Below are positions 53,227-64,000 of a stretch of 64,000 nucleotides of DNA, in pieces. The position numbers and the translations under genes were made by a program. Below the pieces are notes generated by a model, which saw only the letters and a program-made list of their open reading frames with translations, was not told the origin of the DNA and did not search any database. The stretch spans positions 4,218,001-4,282,000 of the forward strand of contig CM097885.1 in NCBI GenBank assembly GCA_044892525.1, given 5' to 3'. Origin of the DNA: Schmidtea polychroa (Eukaryota). Each line of letters opens with the position of its first letter. Within the stretch, counting starts at the first letter, position 1.

Positions 53227-53447
53227 GGGGGGGGGGGCAGTGAGCACCCTGATGCTTGGCTGTGCATATGGCTGTGCATTGATCAATATCTGGCATTCAG
53301 GGGGATTCTATATCTGTTAGCATTGGCTCATTCACCTGTGATGCAATTATTAGGATTGAATTATTGCATGGCGAGGCAGGCAGGGGGGGGGGGCTGTGAG
53401 CACCCTGATGCTTGGCTGTGCATATGGCAATGTATTGATCAATATCT
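53227..53447 (+). repeat. Direct repeat of about 64 bp (polyG-GTGAGCACCCTGATGCTTGGCTGTGCATATGGC...GATCAATATCT)
   Basis: Copies at about 53227-53291 and 53383-53447. Confidence 0.85.
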
Positions 53448-53499
53448 AGGGAGAGACACTGGGATTTCTAATGGTTCACGATTCACTGCTTCTTGATTT

Positions 53500-53982
53500 A
53501 TTATTATCATTATTATTATAAGAACCTTTTTTCAAATTTCACCACTGATTTCTTTTCCATTGTATTTATTAATTATGTTTTCTATTTTTTTATTATTATT
53601 TTTTTATATGATTATTATAATGTTATTTTTAATATCATTTTATTATTATTATTATGTATTATAATTATTATTTTTATTATTATTTAATTATTTTTTATCA
53701 TTATTAATTTTTATTATTATTATTGTTATTATTATTATAATTATTATTATTATTATTAATATTTATTATTTATTATCATAATTATTATTATTTGTTTATA
53801 TAATTTTTATTTTTATTATTATTATTTTTATTTATTATTATTATTATTATTTATATTATTATTTAATTTTTTAATATCATAATTATTATTATTATTTTAT
53901 ATAATTTTTATTATTATTATATTTATTATTATTTATTATATTTAATTTTTATTATAATTATTATTTTTATTATTATTTTATA

Positions 53983-54060
<78 letters not shown>

Positions 54061-54080
54061 TTATTATTATTATTATTTAT
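53500..54080 (+). repeat. (ATT)n-rich tract
   Basis: Degenerate to pure ATT repeats. Confidence 0.9.
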
Positions 54081-54849
54081 TTCAGTGAAATGCTCATATT
54101 CGGATTGCTTATATATTATTTATAAAAGGTCCCATTGACAGATTGGTCTGTTTTAACAAAATATTAATTTTTCACAGCTTTAGAATAATTTACACTTACA
54201 CTGTAAATCATATTTTTCTCATGATTTTTATTTGAAAACTTTTCATGATTTCTGTTTATCGCAATTACTGAATCCCATCCAGTGGTGAATGGGAGAGCAC
54301 ATTCACTTGCATTCTGCATCAATTTATTTCTCATTTAATTATTCAACTTAAACTTTGTTCTTTTTCTGCTTATTAATTATATTTGAAAGTTAGTTAGAGG
54401 GTGAGGAGCAATGAGGAGCTTTAATTGTACCATTTCCCGTGTACCTTCAACCTTGTTACTGTTGTCCTGTTTATCTTCCTCGTTCTCACTGCTCTCAATT
54501 ATCATTACAGGTTCATGATCATCGCTCCTTGAATAACCTCATTTTCACTGATATTCCAACATAGCAGAGCATGAGAATGCATCCTCTGACATACCGATAT
54601 TAATACCTATCTGTGAAGGTCCTGATGAGCCAAATCAACTGAATCAGGATCAATAAGCTTAGCCTTATGAATGCAATTTAATAATCTATTACATTCCCCT
54701 GAATCCTACCTTCATTGCTGATAATAGATTTCATCTCCCTGATCATCTGATTACATTGAAATCTCCCGTCGGATTTCCTTTTGGTTGTTATTTCAATTTC
54801 CTGATTACTCTTAGCATTTGAACTTAGCTTTTTTATAGTCTCGTTTATA

Positions 54850-55100
54850 TCGAACTCTCCTTTTGCCTACTCCACGAAGCTCTGAATCTCATTCCGTGTA
54901 TGGGTTCATGTTACCTTTGTATTTTACTGTAAGCTTGTGTCCTTATTTGTAATATTGCACATTCCTGCTATCCTTATACGCAAAGGCAGTTTCGTCTGCA
55001 CTATAAACATCTTATCATTCCAATTATAAATGGTACATATCCGTCTCTTCACCTTTTCCATTTACTATTCGAGTCCCAGTTCTTTTATTCCACCTTAAAT
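54850..55100 (-). mobile_element. Possible non-LTR retrotransposon ORF1 zinc-knuckle remnant
   Basis: The minus strand reads VPFIIGMIRCL*CRR with scattered Cys/His. Highly degenerate. Confidence 0.25.
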
Positions 55101-55425
55101 CACCTTTTCTGTTCCCTACTTGTTTTTACAGATGGAGAAGTATTGCAATGATTGGTGCATTTAGAACCTTTGGTAATTAATGCTGCCCATACCCTGATAC
55201 TTGAGTAATGTTGGGGAGATAAGATTCATTTTGTTATCATACGTTATATACGCTAATGCGGCAAGAATATAGCACCTAGAATGAAGTGGGTTACGTTGAT
55301 AGGCATGTGTATAGAGATGACAACTTATTTGGTTGAGTGATTTTCATATTGTACATTCATGTAGAGCCTGAGATTTGACGGGCACAAATAATTTATATTT
55401 ATATTCAATGATAAATTATTATTAC

Positions 55426-55465
<40 letters not shown>

Positions 55466-56652
55466 GGCATCATATTCATCATCATTACATCGAATCTCGT
55501 ACAGCTTGCTGCTGCAATGGATAACATGGACTACCTTGTGAAGGTTCCTGAAACAATCAAACAAGCGAATGCTCTGATAGATTCGGATAATTATTTGAAT
55601 GCACACAAAATGTTTATTTTTACTGGAATTGGGTCCAAGGTTGATGTCTAATATTTATACAGAATTGAAGAGCTCGAGGGCACGAGAGATGAAATTCTAC
55701 GGGAACTAAATCAACAGGAGAACTCTAAAGAAGATTTGCATATAATCAATGAGTTTTTCAAAGACCTTGAAGTTCTCAACATGAAGTTATTGAGGCACAT
55801 CGAGTTGATGGGTGAGCGAGTTATTAATGCGATCATCTCGCAGAATATTGTGCTTGTCAATTGTATTAGAATCATCGACCGAGAAGAAAGGTGGTTTGAG
55901 TGGTTCAATCTGAATTAATAATGATATTGTCAAATTAGAACCGACGAGGCATGGATTATCAGGAAGTCCAATAACGATTTCATGCCACCATCGCGTCCCA
56001 AAGCGTGGAAAAAGAAATTCTTCGATAAAATTTCACAATATATCAACCAAAAGTAATCCTCTCAGGAATTTGAGCATCAATTATTCTGCTGGCATTTATT
56101 TTCCTAGGATATTTGAAAGCGCTCTCGATGAGGAAGCCGAGAGAAACTTTTTGGCTCGGCATTTGGAAGCTATCCGATGCCACACGATTCATGATCTGAA
56201 GGTGATTAAGGTGCAGTATTTATTTCCAGCTGTTACATCGACTGATGCACTTTCTGTTGTAGAATATTGGCATCATATATTTCCCTCCGAGATATCGGGT
56301 GTTTGAGGCCTTTGTTAAAATGTATCACGAGCAGATCAGTGACTATGTAGGTGACCATTTATTGTGTTTGGTGACGGTATAATACCAGGATTCACATAGG
56401 ATGTTATGGGGAGGATGGGAGGGGGGGTTGGGGGCAGGGTAATGGGGCTATATCACAACTATAATCAATTTCATAATAAATCAATAATAATATTAATCGA
56501 TAGTTAGATTATTTAAATTAAATTTGTGTTTTGTTTAAATATTTGACTTTTTGGCGCGCATTTTAAATCATGACATTTTATATTTTTCAACAAACTTTAC
56601 ATTTATATGAGAAATCAAATTTCAGGGAAAATGCTTGAATTTTCGGATTATC

Positions 56653-56972
56653 ATTGATTTTTAAATTTTTCGATTTTCCCATCTATCTAATCGATAATTT
56701 CAAAAATACTTTAAATTGTTTGATACAAAATTGAATTCTCTACAAAATGATATAAAGTTTTTAAATATTATTGATTTTTAAAATAATCGATTTTCGTGAT
56801 TTAATCAATAGTTTTTCAAATACATTTAATTTAATTATTTATAACATCATTAATGGAGGTTTTAAAAATTATTGATTTTTAAATTTTTCGATTTTCCCAG
56901 CTATCTAATCGATAATTTCAAAAATTCTATAAATTGTTTGACACAAAATTGAATTCTCTACAAAATGATATG
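56653..56972 (+). repeat. Direct duplication (core of about 100 bp, period about 218 bp)
   Basis: TTCGATTTTCCCA.CTATCTAATCGATAATTTCAAAAAT...GAATTCTCTACAAAATGATAT occurs twice. Confidence 0.85.
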
Positions 56973-57514
56973 CAGTTTATAAAAGTGATTGATTTTCCAA
57001 AATATTCAATTTTTAAATGAAATAATCAATATTTCTCAAAACATTGTTAGCTGGTGGAACTCAGCATAAAGGCTCTACAAGATAATGTAAATATCGCATA
57101 ACTATTGCATGTTTATATTAATAGAATGCGCATTTGCGTCAATTGCATCTTTATAATTGCAACTTTATTCCAACTGGCCATTACTAAATCCAATATTCAT
57201 TAGCCATCGTCCTGTTGGAACTATCTGTAACGCATGCGGTCTACTTTGATATGTTTCAGCAGATTCACGCTGATGTTGTTTTTCAATAAAATGGAACACA
57301 ATGTTCAAGAATATCTCAAAAGACGCTGTCGAAATCGCTTAATTAAACATAGAGGACTTCGACTTTTGTCTCTTATTTCTTCAGGTTTGACACTTCTGTA
57401 TTTCTGTGCGTGAGGTTTCTTTTAATAAGGGTTTATTGCCGAGAGTTCGTATTGTCCCCTTTCACGGTTTAGTGTCTTATTTATTATTACGCAATTAATT
57501 TAATGTTATCTTAA

Positions 57515-57790
57515 TATCGGCTTTCTCTATCGAATTATAATAAATTAAATTAAATTTTATTAACATGTTTATAATTAAAAGTTATCAATATTAAAATATT
57601 CCAATTTCGGTAAAATGTAAAGTATATATTCCCATATGATGCCCTCTAACGCTGCATTTACACGGCTCATTTTCAATTGAACGTGATTAAAACTGTCGAA
57701 CGTATTGGAAATAAGGAAGCATATCGAGAATGTGGCCTAAATGAAGCTCGTGTAATATACTGGAGAAGAAATGAAAATATTTCAGAAGTG
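57515..57790 (+). mobile_element. pogo-family transposase 5' remnant (Brinker-type HTH)
   Basis: YTAHFQLNVIKTVERIGNKEAYRECGLNEARVIYWRRN resembles the N-terminus of POGK-type transposases. Confidence 0.6.
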
Positions 57791-58689
57791 CAAATCTTCC
57801 AGGCAGTTCTAATTTAGGAGTTGTATCCTAATTCAATATTCACATTTTTGGGGCCCATCAAAACCATTGACATTTTGGACATGTATGTCTCTTACCATCT
57901 GTTCACGAATCAATTCATAATAGGATAGAGAGGAGTCACCATTGAATTTGTTGCCTTTGTATTTGATGGATATGAATAGGTCATCATGATTTGGAACCCG
58001 GGGGTTTGCAATGAATCCCCGTTTAAGGACCCATTAGGAAGTTCCATTTATGACGTGGTAATCCGCTGAATTGAATTTGTGCCCATTTGTATTACCTCTC
58101 CCCTTGAATATTCATAATTCACATCCATGTACAATTCTGGTATTGCCTATCGCCCAATTGTTCGAATGAGATTTTAATTGACTCATTTAGGTGTTGAGCA
58201 AGGCCGATAAGCTTCTAGATGAAGTTGAATCATTTCAGTTGTTAGGTTGGATAAATAATTATCAGTATTTATACTTGTCTGTCTGTCTTGTCATTGTTGA
58301 TTGTTTCTAGTAGCAACGAGTTTATGGGGTCCCTGGAGTTGGGCATAAATTTCAGCAAGATTGATGTTGATAATGTCCAATTGCTGACGAGCGAGCAATT
58401 CGATAAACTGGCTCATCAGTACCTCGTTGTCATTCTTTTTTTAATTTCTGAATTCCGCCTTTAGGTATTTGGAGCGACAACGGAGCAAATTGCAGTCTTG
58501 GTTCTACAATTGCATTATGAAGGACGTCGAGGTTTGGTTAAGAACGTTGTAGCACTCCATTTGATGGTAAACTTTAGGACTGGCAATCTGATCAGAAACC
58601 CCAATGTGATGGGCTTTGCAAATACAACTCTTCATTGTCGATTGATGTGTTAAAACCTCTTACTGAAATGGTAACAAATTTTTCATATT

Positions 58690-60170
<1,481 letters not shown>

Positions 60171-60857
60171 ATTATCGGTAAAACATCGAAGTGCTCAACC
60201 TTATTGAAACAAAAATAATTTATTACAGATTGGCACTGATAAAGTTCTTTACTATTTGGGTGAAAAAATTCGAGAAAAATATTTCCCAATATTTCTTGAT
60301 GAATTCGCGGAATTCCAGAATGTGTATAAAAGTACTAGAATTAATGTCACAGTGCATTGTTGATATATATATATTGATAGAGGAACTGAAAAACTACAGA
60401 GAAAAATACATAAAATCTCCTTTTCCTAACAGTTTGGAATATTTGGTAAATATTATTTATTATCTCGTGACTTTACAAATATCCATCTATTCCGTCCTTC
60501 TGATGTGGAGGGATCTCCATTCGTTATATGCCTACCACACGACTCGTATGCCCCATATGCACACATCTTATAACGCGTTAGGTCCATGAAATCTTCTATC
60601 GTACTGTATATCCTACGAGACACTTCACCAGCTATTCGACCTTTACTGGAACATTTCTTACTTATAGGATTGCCTTAATAAGATTTTTATTTATTAATAA
60701 ATTAAATCTATTAGAATAGTGTGCAACAATTATCTCTATGTAACAATGAATGGCTGTTACTCTATTTAAAGTTTTAATATGAATACTAATTAATTATTAG
60801 TTATTGATTATTTTCTACAATAATTAATTAAACATTCAATTAACGATTTAATTATAA

Positions 60858-60912
60858 GAAAGCGATATATTTCGACAGTTTTCCTGTCATCATCAGGTGG
60901 GATAGAAAATAA
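60858..60912 (-). ncRNA. Hammerhead-ribozyme-like motif (minimal type I, Penelope-like)
   Basis: The minus strand reads CUGAUGA-U-GACAG-GAAAA-CUGUC-GAAA-UAUAUC: intact core, 5-bp helix II and a palindromic AUAUAU in place of helix III. Helix I pairs poorly in this copy. Confidence 0.55.
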
Positions 60913-61139
60913 CTATAGAAAACTGTCCAAATATATCGAGTAGCGCTTTCTTATAATTAATTTAATTAATAAATTAATTTTCAATTTATACTAAATATAT
61001 TAAAAGATTTTATTATCATTTTATTTTAATATAATTTTTAATTTTCAATTATTTAACTAATAATATAAAACGACAGCAATTCAGCACTTGCGTTTTGAAT
61101 GTTTTCAAATAGTTTGGGTTGTAAATTGTCTCTATGTGG

Positions 61140-61181
<42 letters not shown>
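61140..61181 (+). repeat. (GTT)n microsatellite
   Basis: Pure run. Confidence 0.95.
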
Positions 61182-61182
<1 letters not shown>

Positions 61183-62722
61183 TCAGATGTATTACATTAG
61201 CAAGTTAAATAATTGTTAAATTTCAATTTTTTTTGTAAAATCTTTATCGATTTTTGAAATTGAAAATTATTAAAAATTATATTAAAATGGAATTTGTTCA
61301 TAAAATCAATAATATCTATAGTTTTTCTATCCTACCTGACAATGCCAGGAAAACTATGGAATTATATTGTTGCGCTTTGTCATATTTAGTTAGTTATTTC
61401 TGCTTGTATTTTGCGCTTGGCTGATATTCAGCTGCTATGCAAATGTTGGAGATGACATGAAATGACATGATATCGTGGGCATGAATCCTTATTTTGGCCA
61501 TCTTTTTTGCCTCTGTCATCGAATTATCCTTTCTTTCAGTAGCATCAATTGTCACTCAGCATTCTCTTGTTAATTGTACTTGCTGATCTTATTCTCTCCA
61601 CTACATGTCGTTCTAAATATACATCTTAATGCCCTCGACTTGTTCCTGTGAGTATATATCAATATGACGAGATTCTGCAACTGATTCTGGGAATGATCCT
61701 CGATATACCATTGATTGTGCTGGTCCAATGTGGTTAATGTTGAATTGGTATTATTTGACAGATCGCCAACTGTAACAATTGCATCAAGATTAAAGCTGAT
61801 GTTGAGGACATGATAAAAAAGGAACTCGACAACAGTCCTTCTATCCAAGTGAAGATTGATTCAATGGTTCAGAAAATGGGTAAAGAAATGCTTAATATCG
61901 CCCAATTATGGTAATATCTGTAAATGTTGCATGGCTTGTGTTATTATGTAATCATTCTGCAGTCTGGATCACATCAAGGATATGCTCTATAGGGATTTAT
62001 ACAAGGTTCTGTCAAATGTGATGACAACTGAATGGTAATCCCCTGACCGTTGCGATTCTTGTTAGCAATTTATGTTCAGGGCGACTGGATCTTACCGAGT
62101 TGATGATTACATCATCGGTACAGTGGCAGATTACAATAACGAATTGATATACCTAAAGGACAATGCTTATAGACGATTAATTTCTGCTATTATCGAGCAA
62201 ATCACGGTGGAATACGTAAAAAATTTGCTTGTCAAGTACTTCCTTTTATGTTTCACTTCCCATTTCTGTTGGTTTTGTCGCAATTTTCTTTTTGATAACT
62301 TTCCAGGTCACCCCGATATCCATCACGTTCATTCCAGGGTAGCTCTTAAATGCAACTTGCTCCAATGTTACAGTATTATTGCTCCTATTGTTTTGATTAA
62401 ATCATGTTTCCATACTCCCTCCCCATCGTTCCATTCCGTATGAGCTAGATTAATAATTTCAAATGGTGAATTTCAAATAAAATTTTAAGAATATAATAAT
62501 TCAATATTCCAATTTATTGATTTTTTATTTCATAAATTATATTATATATTTCGGTTATATATCAAATAAATAATAATTTGATTTATATTTAATACTGTAT
62601 ATATTACTGACAAGTCATAAGTAAAATATTAAAATAAATAACAAGGTAAACCTTTGAAAATAATTATCTCATAATAGGAAATTTTCTAATTTAATCTAAT
62701 GAATATTTTTTGCAGCAAAGGC

Positions 62723-62723
<1 letters not shown>

Positions 62724-62800
<77 letters not shown>

Positions 62801-63220
62801 TATAATAGTTATTTATAAATAATAATTAATTATAATAATAAATATAAAACATTAATAAATGATAAAAAAAAAAATATTTAATAATTTGAATTAATAATAA
62901 ATAAAAATAAATAATAATAAAAATAATAAAAAATAATAATAATAAATATATAATATTAATAAATCATATTAAAAATAAATAATAATAAAAATAAATTATA
63001 ATAAAAAGAATAAAAAATAATAATAAAAATAAATTATAATAATAATTTATAAATAATAAATAAATAATAATTAATCATAATAATAAAAAATAATAATAAG
63101 AATTAATAATAAATAAAAATAAATAATAAAAATAAATTATAATATTAATTTATAAATAATAATTATTAATAATAATAAATATATAATATTAATAAATCAT
63201 AATAAAAATAAATTAAAATA
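62724..63220 (+). repeat. (AAT)n and A/T low-complexity tract
   Basis: Pure then degenerate AAT repeats. Confidence 0.9.
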
Positions 63221-64000
63221 GTTTCAGTATAATATAAAATTTTCGGCTTTATAAATAATGAGGATTTCCCTTTGCTGTACTCAGTGACATGAAAAGTGCT
63301 CATAACATTTACAACTATACCCTAATAATCATTTGCCATCAGTAATAGTAAAACCTCTAATAGGCGACTTAGTCTGAACCCGGAAGACCGGAAACGAATG
63401 GGAAACAAAATGTATAACGAAGGAGATAAATTGATAGCATACTTCACAACGGAAATGAATCTCAATGCGACGGTTGGGAAATATTTTCTGTTTGATATTT
63501 GTGATTTACATCAGGATTAGATCACCTCGTGCGTCCAGGTTATCCCTCTGATTGCGCAATTACTCCTTAATTCTGACACTGGTATGATTAGGCTAGATAT
63601 CAATGTGAGTTCCTGGCTTTCTTTTGTAACCTTTTCATCTGATTCTTCTGTAGACACTTGTGAAATTCTTCCCCGGAATCAGAAAGGAACAGCTAATTAG
63701 CCTATTAATGTTGAGGGGGGATATTAAAATGGCTGATGCTATTGAGGTAAATGAATAGGTCTTTTGATTGCATAATAGCATTGCATCATCATTTAGATTG
63801 CTGCCGACTACAATTATTGCTCTGTTGATGATAAGACCAATTTATTCATTAAGGTGGCTGTTGCCATGGGCCAAAGTTGATTTATTTATAATAAATTATT
63901 TTTTCTATTCTGATTTGATAATTATTTTTTTGGATTTCCATTGTAATAATAATAAAAACTGGCTTGTCGCAGTCTCCTTGTGTTCTTTAATCAATTTCAT

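Overview
AT-rich eukaryotic (animal-like) genomic DNA with mostly 44-54 nt spliceosomal introns and a dense cover of decayed transposons. Three host genes can be rebuilt by hand: ELP2 (minus strand, running off the left edge), ASCC1 (plus strand, 3 exons, intron 2 about 31.9 kb) and ISY1 (minus strand, 7 exons, nested inside that intron). The standout is a 15,928-bp element (8423-24350) with no recognisable coding capacity that is almost entirely one giant palindrome. It has AGTAGG...CCTACT termini and a perfect 6-bp target-site duplication (AGTTAA), which are the end signatures of Polinton/Maverick elements. A 354-bp miniature with related ends and subterminal repeats (51565-51918) interrupts a piggyBac transposase. 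Also present: hAT, MULE, Tc1/IS630-like, pogo and piggyBac remnants, an intact hAT MITE, two actin pseudogene fragments, two copies of an unrecognised EGTWFSP coiled-coil ORF, a Penelope-type hammerhead-like motif and long (ATT)n/(TA)n tracts. All calls were made by eye without database searches, and boundaries of decayed elements are approximate.
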